The notes: generated from the letters alone by a model not told the origin. 32,000 nucleotides of DNA from Edaphobacter aggregans (GCF_003945235.1 NZ_RSDW01000001.1:4650001-4682000), one strand, 5' to 3'. Counted from the stretch's first letter, positions 8,259 to 17,645 are shown. Made by a program: numbers and translations.

Positions 8259-10933
8259 AACTCCTGGCTTACCTTCGTTCACTCGCCGACGCTCTCTTTC
8301 ATCGTTCCCGGATCCAAGGGGAGATAGAGGAGGAGTTTCGCTCGCATATCCAATACCGTGTCGATGATCTGGAACAGTCCGGACTTACCCGCGCTGAAGC
8401 CGAACGCCGTGCGCGTATCGAGTTTGGGGGGTATCAGCGGTCACGGGAAGAGTGTCGCGAGGCTATGGGTGGGCATCTGATCGAGACGGTGGCTCAGGAT
8501 GTGCGGATCGGCGTCCGCATGTTGCGGAGGTCTCCGGGGTTTACCGCTGTTGCGGTGTTGACGCTGGCGCTGGGGATTGGTGGGAATACCGCGATTTTTT
8601 CGATCGTGAATGGGGTACTGCTGAATCCGCTGCCGTTTCCACAGCCGGATCGTCTGGTTGCGCTGGGCGAGAGCAAACCTCATTTCGAGAATGGCTCGAT
8701 CTCATACCCGAATTTTCTGGATTGGCAGAGGGGGAATCATGCGTTTTCCTCGATGGCGGTCTCGCGTGGTTATGGATTCAGCCTTACGGGGAGAGGCGAT
8801 GCGGAACAGGTGAATGCTGAGTTCGTCTCTGCGGATTTCTTTCCGTTGCTTGGAGTGAATCCCATTCTTGGGCGCACGTTTACATCGGCGGAGGAACAGG
8901 CTGGGGCGGGTCCGGTCGCGATGATCAGCGAAGGACTGTGGCGGCGGAAGTTCAATGCAGCGCCGGATGTGCTGAGCAAGAACGTCACGCTGGATGGCAG
9001 AGACTTCACGATCGTTGGGGTGGTTCCTGCTGGATTCCATCTGCGGTTGCCTAGTTTTCGTGAGAGTGATGTGTATGCTCCTGTCCGGCAGTGGAGCAAT
9101 CCTCTGCTGATGAATCGGGGCGCTGGGCTGGGGTTTCATGGAGTTGGGAGACTGAAACCCGGAGTTACTGTGGAGCAGGCCCGCGCAGATATGGATGTGG
9201 TTACGCGCAATCTTGCAGCGACGTTTCCGGATACGGATCGCGGTATCGGCGCAAGCATCGCTCCGCTGAAGGAGCAGATGGTGGGCTATGTGCGGCCGTT
9301 TCTGTTTGTGTTGCTGGCTGCTGTGGGCTTTGTGCTGCTGATTGCGTGCGTGAATGTCGCGAGCCTGCTGTTGGCGCGGTCGGCTACGCGCAGGCGCGAG
9401 TTCGCTGTGCGCACGGCGTTGGGAGCGAGTCGTGGAAGGATCATTCATCAGCTGCTGACAGAAAGTGTTTTGCTGGGCATGGCAGCGGGTGGAATTGGGT
9501 TGTTGATGGCGATATGGGGAACGCGGGCTGGACTGAAGTTTCTGCCGGCTGCGCTGCCTCGGGCGAACGAGATCGGGCTCGATTTCCGTGTGCTTGCTTT
9601 TACTACAGTGATTTCGCTGATGGTGGGGGTTCTGTTTGGGTTAGTGCCGGCATTGAGGAGTTTGCAGTCTGATCCGCATACGGCGCTCAAGGAGGGTGGC
9701 CGAGGTGCGAGCGGGGGGCATCATGGCGCGTTGAGTACGTTTGTTGTCGCGGAAATGGCGATTGCGCTGGTGCTGTTGATTGGTGCCGGATTGATGGTTC
9801 GTAGTTTGACGCGGCTTTGGAGGGTGGACCCTGGGTTCAATCCGCAAGGCGTTCTCACGTTTAATGTGTCAATGCCGCCATCGATGATGAAGGCTCCGCC
9901 GGACAGGATTCGCGCGGCTTTTCGTGAGTTGGATGAGAAGCTGGGATCTGCGACTGGGGTTACTGCGGTTTCGCAGACGTGGGGCGCGTTTCCGATGGGC
10001 AGTGATGACGAGCAGTTGTTCTGGCTCGATGGATATCCTAAGCCTGCCAACGAAAACGATATGAACTGGGCCGTGGACTATATGGTCGAGCCGGATTATC
10101 TGAAGGTGATGGAGACTCCGCTGAAGCGCGGGCGCTTTTTTACGGCGCAGGATAACGCGCATTCTCCGCTGGTGGCCGTTGTCGATGAGATTTTTGCGCG
10201 GCAGTACTTTCCGGATCAGGATCCGATCGGCAAAAGGATTGTGCTGAATAATTCCGGGAAGGCTTTGGAGATAGTTGGCGTTGTGGCGCACGTTAAGCAG
10301 TGGGGACTCGATCTGGATGACACGAATACGGTGCGGGCTCAGCTTTATCTGCCGTGTATGCAGATGCCGGACGACTTTATTGCGATGACGCCGGCGGGTT
10401 CAGGGGTGGTGGTGCGTTATGAGGGGAGCATGGCGGCGGCGTTCGACTCGATACGGCGCACGAGCAAACGGATGAGTAGTGAGCAGGTGATCTTCGGCGA
10501 TCAAGCGATGGGAGGCGTCATCTCGGATTCGATGGCTACTCGGCGGTTTGCGATGATTTTGTTAGGTGCATTTGCTGCGCTGGCGTTGGGGTTGGCCAGC
10601 GTCGGTATCTATGGCGTGATTGCTTATGTGGTGGGACAGCGCACGCAGGAGATCGGGATTCGCATGGCGTTGGGCGCTCAACAAAAAGATGTGCTGCGGC
10701 TTGTGTTGTGGCAGGGGACGAGGCTGGCTTTACTGGGGGTGGTGATTGGGCTTGGGGTGGCGATGGTTTTGACTCGCCTGATGACGCAGTTGCTTTATGG
10801 GGTGAGCGCGACTGATCCGGCTACGTTTGTGGGGCTCGCGTTAATGCTGACTGCGATTGCGGTTGCGGCTTGCTGCATTCCGGCTCGGAGGGCGATGCGG
10901 GTCGATCCTGTTGTGGCCTTGCGGCATGAGTAG
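8255..10933 (+). CDS. Duplicated MacB/FtsX-type ABC permease without adjacent ATPase (ADOP-type orphan permease)
   Basis: The start is taken at [15 protein letters not shown] (ATG 8255, codon 49 of track ORF 8111..10933). There are two MacB-like periplasmic core plus FtsX 4-TM modules (…[33 protein letters not shown]… and …[25 protein letters not shown]…). No ABC ATPase gene lies on either side. Confidence 0.9.
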   Translation: MKLLAYLRSLADALFHRSRIQGEIEEEFRSHIQYRVDDLEQSGLTRAEAERRARIEFGGYQRSREECREAMGGHLIETVAQDVRIGVRMLRRSPGFTAVAVLTLALGIGGNTAIFSIVNGVLLNPLPFPQPDRLVALGESKPHFENGSISYPNFLDWQRGNHAFSSMAVSRGYGFSLTGRGDAEQVNAEFVSADFFPLLGVNPILGRTFTSAEEQAGAGPVAMISEGLWRRKFNAAPDVLSKNVTLDGRDFTIVGVVPAGFHLRLPSFRESDVYAPVRQWSNPLLMNRGAGLGFHGVGRLKPGVTVEQARADMDVVTRNLAATFPDTDRGIGASIAPLKEQMVGYVRPFLFVLLAAVGFVLLIACVNVASLLLARSATRRREFAVRTALGASRGRIIHQLLTESVLLGMAAGGIGLLMAIWGTRAGLKFLPAALPRANEIGLDFRVLAFTTVISLMVGVLFGLVPALRSLQSDPHTALKEGGRGASGGHHGALSTFVVAEMAIALVLLIGAGLMVRSLTRLWRVDPGFNPQGVLTFNVSMPPSMMKAPPDRIRAAFRELDEKLGSATGVTAVSQTWGAFPMGSDDEQLFWLDGYPKPANENDMNWAVDYMVEPDYLKVMETPLKRGRFFTAQDNAHSPLVAVVDEIFARQYFPDQDPIGKRIVLNNSGKALEIVGVVAHVKQWGLDLDDTNTVRAQLYLPCMQMPDDFIAMTPAGSGVVVRYEGSMAAAFDSIRRTSKRMSSEQVIFGDQAMGGVISDSMATRRFAMILLGAFAALALGLASVGIYGVIAYVVGQRTQEIGIRMALGAQQKDVLRLVLWQGTRLALLGVVIGLGVAMVLTRLMTQLLYGVSATDPATFVGLALMLTAIAVAACCIPARRAMRVDPVVALRHE

Positions 10934-10954
10934 GCTACTCGCTTGTTAAATGAG

Positions 10955-10991
10955 AAAGGCAGCCGTGGTCTTTCGACCCTTGGCTGCCTTT
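10955..10991. terminator. Hairpin between convergent genes (AAAGGCAGCC ... GGCTGCCTTT, then TTC)
   Basis: 10-bp stem with an inner GGTC/GACC pairing. It sits in the 74-bp gap between the permease stop (10933) and the TlpA-like stop (11008). The A-run before and T-run after suggest bidirectional function. Confidence 0.5.
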
Positions 10992-11007
10992 TCAATTGTG
11001 GGGAGGG

Positions 11008-12258
11008 TTAATGTTTGGTCGAGGCGGATTGAGTGGGGGTTGGTTCGGCTAAGAGGTGCTCGACGAGGCTGGTGACTTCGCGCTCGAGGGCGGCGTGGCC
11101 TTCGGGATTTGCGGGGCCAGCGAATCCGGCGTGTACCTCTTTGACGCGACCATCGCGGCCAACGAAGAAGGAGGTGGGCCAGCTGTTGAGGCGGACTCCC
11201 TGAGGGATTTTTTCGTTGAGCTGCTCGGGCTCGCCGGCTACGAGAACGGTGTAGGTGATGCCGTAGCGGGCGATGAAGGCGCGGAGGCGAGCGGGGTCTT
11301 TTAGTTGGTCGGCTTCTTCAAAGGAGAGGTTGACGATCTCCAGGCCGTGAGAGTGGTACTGCTTGTAGAGGGTTTCGAGGAAGGGAGCCTCGTCGTGGCA
11401 GTTGGGGCACCAGGAGCCGCCAACGGCTACGATGACGACCTTGCCGTCAAACTGCGGGTCGGTGTTGGAGACGACCTTGCCTTCGAGGTTGGGGAAGCTG
11501 AAGGTGAAGGGCGCGCTGGGGTCCTTGACGGTGGTCTGCTGGGTGGACTCGGTGGGGGCGGCGAGGTTCTGCTTGCGGGCTTCGGCGGGGCGGCGGGCGG
11601 TCAGGTTCTGCTGCTGGGCCTTTTGGGCCTCTGAGGCGAGGAGGTTCGAGACGGTTAGCGTGCCGTCGGGTTGCGGGGTGAAGGTATAGAGTGCGGGGCC
11701 GGCTGCGGTGAAGTGGCTGACGGTGTAGTTTTGGCCGCTCCAAGTGCCGAAGAGGGAGCCGGTGTCGCCGTCGATACGCTGGATGACGGCGTGGATGATT
11801 GTGGATTTGGCGATGGGTTCGACGCGGAGTTGCCAGGCGGATTCACCCTTGGCGCTCTTTACCTGGATCTCCCAATCGCCCTTGATGCTGGGGGCTCCGG
11901 TGACGGGTGCTGCGGCGGTCGCCGAGCCGGTGCTGAGGACGACTGGGTAGCGTGTGGTTGCAGTGCCGAAGGTTCCGATGAGTTGGCCGTTCTCCACCTT
12001 TGCGTCGAGGGTGCGGGCGAAATAGTTGAAGGTGACCAGGAGGTGGTTGTCGTCAAAGGTGACGCTGGAGGCGACGGATTTTTCAGGGCCGTTGATGAGG
12101 GCGGCTTTGAGGTTGGACCCGGGGCTGGTGATCTCGAGGTGGACGGGGACCTGTTGGCCGCGGACGGTGGCGTTGCCTTCCCAGACGCCAGCGATAGGGG
12201 TCTGGCTTTGGGCAAAGACGGCAGTGGAAAGCAGGAGAATTCCGGCGAGGAGCTTCAT
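11008..12258 (-). CDS. Secreted TlpA/redoxin-family thiol:disulfide oxidoreductase with N-terminal uncharacterised domain
   Basis: Signal peptide MKLLAGILLLSTAVFAQS. The C-terminal thioredoxin fold carries GKVVIVAVGGSWCPNCHDEAPFL (a WCxxC active site). Confidence 0.8.
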   Translation of the reverse strand: MKLLAGILLLSTAVFAQSQTPIAGVWEGNATVRGQQVPVHLEITSPGSNLKAALINGPEKSVASSVTFDDNHLLVTFNYFARTLDAKVENGQLIGTFGTATTRYPVVLSTGSATAAAPVTGAPSIKGDWEIQVKSAKGESAWQLRVEPIAKSTIIHAVIQRIDGDTGSLFGTWSGQNYTVSHFTAAGPALYTFTPQPDGTLTVSNLLASEAQKAQQQNLTARRPAEARKQNLAAPTESTQQTTVKDPSAPFTFSFPNLEGKVVSNTDPQFDGKVVIVAVGGSWCPNCHDEAPFLETLYKQYHSHGLEIVNLSFEEADQLKDPARLRAFIARYGITYTVLVAGEPEQLNEKIPQGVRLNSWPTSFFVGRDGRVKEVHAGFAGPANPEGHAALEREVTSLVEHLLAEPTPTQSASTKH

Positions 12259-12743
12259 GGGGGCTCGATCCTTTTTAAATGTGAGGGGGATGGATTTGAG
12301 GCGGGGCCGCTAGGTTAGCGGGTGCAACACGCCTCTGCGTACGCCTGCGAGGAGCGGCGACAACAACAGAGGTTTTGATGCGTGTGCATAGTGCTAAGGT
12401 ATGCTCTGGGGTGGGGTGGGGTCAAGGGCGACCACGGATTGACGCGGAAGAGCGCGGATTTAAAGGCAAAAACAGAGAGGCTTCGGCAACAGTCCGCCGC
12501 GCTGCTCACGACGATGCTATGAGCCAGCTTTGGTGGAGATGATGTCGTTCTTGGGCGAGTTGATGAGGACGGCAAACGGCAAAAGCAGATCCCTGGGGGA
12601 TGACAACCAGAAGGACAAAGGCAAAAGCACGGCAACGGCGGAGATAGATTTTCAGGACAACAGAGACGCACAACTGCGTGTGTAACTTGGTGATTCGAAA
12701 GTTGTATGGCTGTCGGCGGTGTGCGACGGGAGAATACAACTCA

Positions 12744-12895
12744 CTATGGGGAAGGGAGACTGTCCCGGCGACGAACTGGATTGGTTAAGTCCGCGATACG
12801 TTTTGCCGCAATTCCTGCTTTGGGCTGATCGTGGATGATCCAGAGAGAATCCCGGATGCTGGGCCATAACGCAAACAGTGTCCTTTTCCCCATAG
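12744..12895. repeat. Imperfect 19/20-nt inverted repeat (CTATGGGGAAGGGAGACTG / CAGTGTCCTTTTCCCCATAG) enclosing a 113-nt core
   Basis: Arms at 12744-12762 and 12876-12895. The outer 10 nt are perfectly complementary, and about 17/20 match overall with one indel. It lies in an ORF-poor 0.7-kb gap and I saw no flanking target-site duplication. Confidence 0.4.
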
Positions 12896-12932
12896 CCCTG
12901 CCCTCCCTCTGCACGACAAATCTGCAATACAA

Positions 12933-12954
12933 ATAGCCGCCCTCGGGCGGCTAT
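12933..12954 (-). terminator. Rho-independent-type hairpin after the DUF3106-like gene (ATAGCCGCCC / GGGCGGCTAT)
   Basis: 9-10 bp GC-rich stem 28 nt downstream of the stop at 12983. On the minus strand it is followed by TTGTATTGC. A T-rich tract (CTCTCCTTTTGG) also follows it on the plus strand. Confidence 0.55.
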
Positions 12955-12982
12955 CTCTCCTTTTGGATTGTGCCTGTATTGG

Positions 12983-13633
12983 TTACTTACCGAAGTCGGG
13001 AGCGTCGTTTGGGCGTTGGACGGGAATGAAGGGTTCAACCGCGAGGAGACTGGAGAGGGTGTTGCGTTCCTGATCGGAGAACTCGCCGCGGAAACGATCG
13101 GAGCTGAGGATAGCCTGACGCTGAGGCTCGGGCATCTCGCGGAGATCACGGAAGGCTCGGGCGACCAGGCGACGGCGGTCTTCGGGGAGACTGCCGAGCT
13201 GCTGCATGGCTCCGCGGACCTGCTGACGCTGAGGCGGCGTGAGATGCGCCATGGCTTCGTTGTGCTCGATGATGCGGCGGCGCTTCTCGGGCGTCATGTT
13301 GTTAAGCTGGGAGAGGCGGTCGAGCATGCGCTGCTGTGTCTGGGGGGGAAGGTCGCGGAAGCCGGGTTCCTGCTGCAAGGCGCGCTGCTGATCGGCGAGC
13401 GGCAGATTGCTATGACGGTCCATCCACTGGGCTAGGTGCTCCTGGTTCTGCTGCTTGGGGCTGGCTCCAGCGTGTGGTGAAGGCTGCGTAGACGGATGCT
13501 GACTGGACGAGACCTTGAGAGCGCCACCCCTTTGTCCCGTCAAGGGCTGCGCTTGCACGGAGACTACAGCCGCGAGAAATAGCGCAGCGAGCATCGAAGA
13601 AAGGATGCGCCGGGATGGATAGAAAGCAGACAT
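12983..13633 (-). CDS. Secreted repeat protein, DUF3106-like (repeated L/M-T/P-P-E/Q-x-R-R/Q motif)
   Basis: Signal peptide ...LAALFLAAVVSVQAQ. Repeats: NMTPEKRRRI, HLTPPQRQQV, SLPEDRRRLV, EMPEPQRQAI. It is the last gene of the sigma/anti-sigma cluster. The family name is recalled from memory and not verified. Confidence 0.65.
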   Translation of the reverse strand: MSAFYPSRRILSSMLAALFLAAVVSVQAQPLTGQRGGALKVSSSQHPSTQPSPHAGASPKQQNQEHLAQWMDRHSNLPLADQQRALQQEPGFRDLPPQTQQRMLDRLSQLNNMTPEKRRRIIEHNEAMAHLTPPQRQQVRGAMQQLGSLPEDRRRLVARAFRDLREMPEPQRQAILSSDRFRGEFSDQERNTLSSLLAVEPFIPVQRPNDAPDFGK

Positions 13634-13745
13634 GAGAAATCGGGTAGCAAGATGGCCGGGTTACCGCTCTGGAAGCCTATTTGTACTGTCTAAAGAGATT
13701 ACTGCGTCCGGTCTCCTTTTCGAGATAAAAAAATATGCCCAAATG

Positions 13746-14249
13746 CTAGCTGCTGGGGGGCGTGTTGGCATCTTCCGTGGGGTTGTCGTCCTGCAGAAGT
13801 TGATCCATCGTCTGAAGTGCCTGGTCGTTTTTGTCGAGGATCTGCAGGTCTTCGACTGTGGCTGAGGCTTCCACCTTGCCGGAGTGGGCGCCGCTGATAC
13901 CGGCAAAGGTTCCACCACCGACGAGAAGAACGAGGGCGAGGGCTCCGGCGAGGGCCGGGCGGAACTGACGGCCAGTGTTGAATAAGAGCCGTGCTCGCAT
14001 GCGTTCGAACCAGCCAGCAGGGGCTGTGGCCTGTTCTTCGCGGAGGCGGACGCCCAACTTCTGGTCGAAGTAGGGGGTAGGCTCCGGAGCCTGCCAGAGA
14101 TCGAGCAAGGCAAAGGTGGCTTCAAGAGAGTTGAATTCCTCACGGCAGGCGGCGCAGGTATCGAGATGTGCGCGGGCGGCAGTGTTGGAGGGCGAAGCGG
14201 GATCGAGGAGTAGATCGGGAAGTGCGGATTGGCAGTCGTGGCAGATCAT
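13746..14249 (-). CDS. Anti-sigma factor, zf-HC2 type, single-pass membrane protein
   Basis: The N-terminus MICHDCQSALPDLLLD...HLDTCAACREEF carries the H-x3-C-x2-C motif. One TM (PALAGALALVLLVGGGTFAGI). It lies 57 nt downstream of the ECF sigma gene. Confidence 0.75.
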   Translation of the reverse strand: MICHDCQSALPDLLLDPASPSNTAARAHLDTCAACREEFNSLEATFALLDLWQAPEPTPYFDQKLGVRLREEQATAPAGWFERMRARLLFNTGRQFRPALAGALALVLLVGGGTFAGISGAHSGKVEASATVEDLQILDKNDQALQTMDQLLQDDNPTEDANTPPSS

Positions 14250-14306
14250 AGTGACCCTTTCCAGTTCCTGTTACGTGACGCGTCGAGTGGGTGCATTGCG
14301 CGTCTC

Positions 14307-15089
14307 CTAAATAAATGACTTCAGCTTCTCGCGGAGTGTCTGATAGGCGCGAAAGAGCAGGGATTTGGTGGCGGACTCGCTTAGTTTGAGGACGTCGCCG
14401 ATTTGTTTGTAGTCCATGCCTTCGTACTTGTGCATGAGGACGGCCATACGTTGCCGCTCGGGCAGGGCGAGGACGTGCTGACGGATGGCGTTGAGGCGTT
14501 CGCGGTTGAGAAGCCGGGACTCAGCGCTGGGAGTGGAGTCGGCTACATCGGGGGTGGTGCCGGTCTCGGAGTCGGTCTCGTCGAGATAGATGGTGGAGGC
14601 GTTGCGCTCGTGGCGCGTATCGCGGGCATAGTTGACGCCGAGGTTCGTCGCGATGCGATAGAGCCAGGTGCTGAAGCGTGCCTCGGCGCGGTAGGTGTCG
14701 CGGGCGCGATAGACGCGGAGGAAGACTTCCTGGGCGAGTTCTTCGGCGACGGCCTGGTTGTGGACCATGCGGTACATGAAATGGATGATCGGCTTGCGGT
14801 ACTTCTGGATGAGGAAGTCGAAACCGGCCATGTTGCCGGCCCGAAGTTCCAGCATGATGGCTGCGTCGTCCATCTGGGCGAACTCGCCAGCGGCATGGTG
14901 GATCTCGGCAGCCTGGAGGTTTTCGAGAAGACTCGGACTGATAGCCAGAGTAGCCATATTCTCCATAACCCCATCTTCGTCGGCTGGTTGCGCCCCTGAG
15001 TCAAATTCTAGGAGATTCTCTTCGGAGCTTTTCGGAGAGACGGGGGCCGATGGACTGGGATGACCGGGGTTGGGGAGTTGGGGGGACAT
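14307..15089 (-). CDS. ECF-type sigma-70 family RNA polymerase sigma factor (start uncertain)
   Basis: Region 2 (FDFLIQKYRKPIIHFMYRMVHNQAVAEELAQEVFLRVYRARDTYRAEARFSTWLYRIATN) and region 4 (LPERQRMAVLMHKYEGMDYKQIGDVLKLSESATKSLLFRAYQTLR) are both present. Track ORF 14307..15257 runs through the tRNA, so it is too long. Candidate starts are ATG 15089 (MSPQLPNP...) or ATG 14966 (MENMATL...). Confidence 0.8.
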   Translation of the reverse strand: MSPQLPNPGHPSPSAPVSPKSSEENLLEFDSGAQPADEDGVMENMATLAISPSLLENLQAAEIHHAAGEFAQMDDAAIMLELRAGNMAGFDFLIQKYRKPIIHFMYRMVHNQAVAEELAQEVFLRVYRARDTYRAEARFSTWLYRIATNLGVNYARDTRHERNASTIYLDETDSETGTTPDVADSTPSAESRLLNRERLNAIRQHVLALPERQRMAVLMHKYEGMDYKQIGDVLKLSESATKSLLFRAYQTLREKLKSFI

Positions 15090-15249
15090 CCTCCGATTTA
15101 TTGTAATGCGGCGAGAAGGTAGTAGCGATAAGTCTTTCAAAGGGGTTAGAGGGGTGAGAAAAGGGTGCTCTGGCCTGGCAGGGCTGCAGATGATATTCTT
15201 GAAAAACAAGGTTCGCCGGAAGCCATCAAGGGCTTCTGCAGCGGTTTTG

Positions 15250-15324
15250 GGGCGCATAACTCAGCGGTAGAGTGCCACCTTCACACGGTGGAAGTCGTAG
15301 GTTCGAATCCTGCTGTGCCCACCA
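15250..15324 (+). tRNA. tRNA-Val (anticodon CAC), CCA encoded
   Basis: Hand-folded cloverleaf. Acceptor GGGCGCA/TGTGCCC with one G-T pair; D arm ACTC-AGCGGTA-GAGT; anticodon arm CCACC-TTCACAC-GGTGG; variable loop AAGTC; T arm GTAGG-TTCGAAT-CCTGC; discriminator A plus CCA. 75 nt. Confidence 0.9.
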
Positions 15325-15358
15325 TCAAATCAACAACTTACGAAACCCGGCATCTCGA

Positions 15359-15400
15359 TTTGGTGCCATTTGGTGCCAAAGTTTAAACAATTGGCACCAA
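15359..15400. repeat. Three copies of TTGGTGCCA (two tandem direct, one inverted) between tRNA-Val and the integrase gene; candidate recombinase/RDF arm-type sites
   Basis: TTTGGTGCCA at 15359-15368 and 15369-15378. TTGGCACCAA (reverse complement TTGGTGCCAA) at 15391-15400. Confidence 0.4.
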
Positions 15401-15416
15401 CCGCGCCGGTTTTTTT
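15399..15416 (+). terminator. Small hairpin plus T7 run downstream of tRNA-Val (AACCG-CGC-CGGTT-TTTTT)
   Basis: Seen directly. The 5-bp stem and 3-nt loop are weak on their own, but a 7-T run follows immediately. Confidence 0.35.
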
Positions 15417-15426
15417 CGCCGCAAAC

Positions 15427-16623
15427 CTACATGATCTGCTGCGGAGTCTTCGTTGCGGTGAGCATCGCATAGACCGTTCCAACCATTTGCTGCACACTCT
15501 CCGGGAGCTCCTGCATGTATTCGTTCGCGGTGGTGTCCGCGCGCGAATGCCGCAGGTGGGATTGAATATCCTTCACCGAACCCAGACTCTGTGCCCTGGT
15601 GGCGATGGTCCGCCGGATCACCTGGAAATTCAGCTTGGGGATATCCAAAGACTCCGCAAGAGGCTTTAGAACCCTGCTGCGATAGTTGGAGGTATCCAAG
15701 AACCCGCCGTCCGCGTTGGGGAACATCGGGTCATCAGGTGAAGACTTTCTGTGCTCGGTGTTCTGACAGAAAGGGTTCTCACATGAGGCTTGTTTACACT
15801 CCAGCTTCCACTCCATGAGCTCGGCGGCGAGGTCATCCGGAAGATGCATCTTGCCGAGACTCTTTGGGGTCTTTCCGTAGGAACGAACCTTCCCACGGTA
15901 GACGGTTTCGGTTAGGTCGAGAGTGTTTACGTCGTCAAACGACCGCCAACGAATCGCGAACAGCTCACTCGGCCGAAGGGCATCGGTCATGTCGAGCAAA
16001 AGAATCAAGCGATCCCGGCGAGTCGCTTTAGCCAGGGCCGCTCTCAATTGTTCCCAGGTCAAAATCTGTTTGTCCTTCGGCCGGAGATTTTTCGGGATCT
16101 TCAGCTTCCGGGAGGGATCCTTGACCAGGAACTCTTGCTCGATTGCTTCGTCGAAGATGGACTTGAGGTAAGAGCGCGCCTGCTTGACCCGGTCCTGGCA
16201 GTAAGTTCGCGCCAGGTGGTTCAAATGGGTTTGCAGCTCAAATTTCTCGATCGATTCGATTTTCTGCGAGCCAAACTTCGCTATCAGATCGATCTCGATT
16301 TGAGCTTTCTTCTCTCTCGCCGTTTCGGGCCGCCAGTCCCCCTGCCGAAGCGGGAAGTAGCGGTTGCGAACGAACCACTCAAAGGTGACAGACCCATCTT
16401 TCAGGATTCTGCCATCTGGAATTTGGCCTGTCTGCTTGGCGATCTCTTTTCGCAGCGCTTCGCGTGCTGCGGGTTTTGTCATCTCCGATTTCAGGCCTAA
16501 CGCGACAACAATTCTCGCGCTTCGGACTTCCTCTGTTTCAGGATCGATGACATCCTTGCGGTAGTAGCCATACCAGCGTTTGCCGCGCAGGACGATCGAA
16601 CCCACCTGGTGCGATTTACCCAT
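15427..16623 (-). CDS. int: Tyrosine-type site-specific integrase
   Basis: 398 aa. N-terminal arm-binding/SAM-like region. The C-terminal catalytic block includes ALRPSELFAIRW, IRRTIATRAQ and SHLRHSRADTTANEYM (R, HxxR, Y). Its stop is 103 nt from the tRNA-Val 3' end. Confidence 0.9.
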   Translation of the reverse strand: MGKSHQVGSIVLRGKRWYGYYRKDVIDPETEEVRSARIVVALGLKSEMTKPAAREALRKEIAKQTGQIPDGRILKDGSVTFEWFVRNRYFPLRQGDWRPETAREKKAQIEIDLIAKFGSQKIESIEKFELQTHLNHLARTYCQDRVKQARSYLKSIFDEAIEQEFLVKDPSRKLKIPKNLRPKDKQILTWEQLRAALAKATRRDRLILLLDMTDALRPSELFAIRWRSFDDVNTLDLTETVYRGKVRSYGKTPKSLGKMHLPDDLAAELMEWKLECKQASCENPFCQNTEHRKSSPDDPMFPNADGGFLDTSNYRSRVLKPLAESLDIPKLNFQVIRRTIATRAQSLGSVKDIQSHLRHSRADTTANEYMQELPESVQQMVGTVYAMLTATKTPQQIM

Positions 16624-16675
16624 GGATTCCTCACTTCTGTGGCGGAAACAGTGGGCTCTTCTATTCTACCTAGGC

Positions 16676-17008
16676 TTAGCCTGCGCGCCTGCCCATAGAA
16701 GAGACCCGTTCGCGTTCATCGATAAAAGCTTCAATCCCGCTGTGCCGATAACGAAGGGTTCCATCACCCATGCGAATAACCGGCAAGAACGGTTTCTTGC
16801 GGGACGAGTGATCCCAGACCCAATCTGTACTCACTCTCAACCGCTTGGCGACGTCGTCCGCTGTGAGCAGAGGATCGGGATCCGGCGCGCGGCTCGGCAT
16901 CTTCCGCTCCGTTGGGGGTGGAACTTCGAGCGAGGATTCCACCAATCGCATTGGCAACTCACCCATTGTGCGGTTCATCATTACCATTCCTCCCCCCTTG
17001 TCGTCCAT
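16676..17008 (-). CDS. Excisionase/AlpA-like helix-turn-helix DNA-binding protein (start probably internal)
   Basis: [50 protein letters not shown] matches the HTH_17/excisionase pattern (L.T..E.A..L.VS...V........P.I..G...RY....I..W). It lies directly upstream of int on the same strand. Confidence 0.65.
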   Translation of the reverse strand: MDDKGGGMVMMNRTMGELPMRLVESSLEVPPPTERKMPSRAPDPDPLLTADDVAKRLRVSTDWVWDHSSRKKPFLPVIRMGDGTLRYRHSGIEAFIDERERVSSMGRRAG

Positions 17009-17645
17009 TCGCCGCGACTCTCGCTAAGAAAGCGTTCGAAGAGAAGATCCATGCCAACCGGATCGATGGCCGTAATCTCGAGCGCATAACAGACAGCAGA
17101 GTTCTCTTCGATAGCTTATAAGTCAGTATCCACGGGGCTCGCGAAGAGGGGAGATTGTGGTTCTTCCGAATCTTGAAAATTGCTTAGGCCGACACCAACT
17201 AAACGAAACCGCTGCGACGCTCCTAGATCGACACGTTCACGCAACGAAAGGCGATGGCCGTAAGGGTCTCGCACGAATCAGGCGGAAGCGACGGTGTATG
17301 GCTCCGAGTAAGGATAATGTCGCCAACCAATGCAATCTGCCGCACTCGCCACCAGATGCTCATCGGTACTCATCGCATGTCATTGAGTGCTTGTGATTTG
17401 GCGCTAGTTGAGAGATCCCTAATCACCTCAGACGCAGATCGCTGCCCAAGGTCCCGTTTCACAGTGCCTTGGCTCCGTATATGCGACGCGAGAAAATCAA
17501 CTGGTTGACCGTTTCGATATCGAGCGCATTCAGCCTTCATAGGCCAGCAGATGAATCTATCCGTTTCTCACCCGAACCACAACGATATGTCCAGTTACGT
17601 GTTCGGCCGATTTCCGAAACGCCACAAAGCCGCGGCCTGCCGACT

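Noticed and set aside
12315-12671. 118-aa Cys-rich ORF (…CFCLCPSGCHPPGICFC…) and the neighbouring ORFs 12506..12739, 12652..13149 and 12744..12932.
   Set aside because: The composition is not protein-like and there are no motifs. They overlap each other in a region better explained as non-coding.
12783-12858. Weak resemblance to RNase P RNA conserved blocks (GGTTAAGTCCGCG vs GGAAAGTCCGGGC; CAGAGAGAATCCCGGAT vs ACAGAACCCGGCTTA).
   Set aside because: The two blocks are ~60 nt apart instead of ~280 nt. The matches are imperfect and the other conserved regions are absent, so this is not RNase P RNA.
15090-15257. Upstream extension of the ECF sigma ORF to 15257.
   Set aside because: It would run antisense through the tRNA-Val gene (15250-15324) and its promoter region. 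The extension has no sigma-factor-like sequence.
17278-17540. Two tiny overlapping minus-strand ORFs in the 0.6-kb gap between the giant gene and xis. One is 56 aa (MKAECARYRNGQPVDFLASHIRSQGTVKRDLGQRSASEVIRDL...) with an ATGA overlap to a 31-aa ORF. SASEVIRDL is faintly RHH-antitoxin-like.
   Set aside because: They are too short, there is no convincing RBS or partner toxin, and the similarity is a single short motif. I treat it as unsupported.
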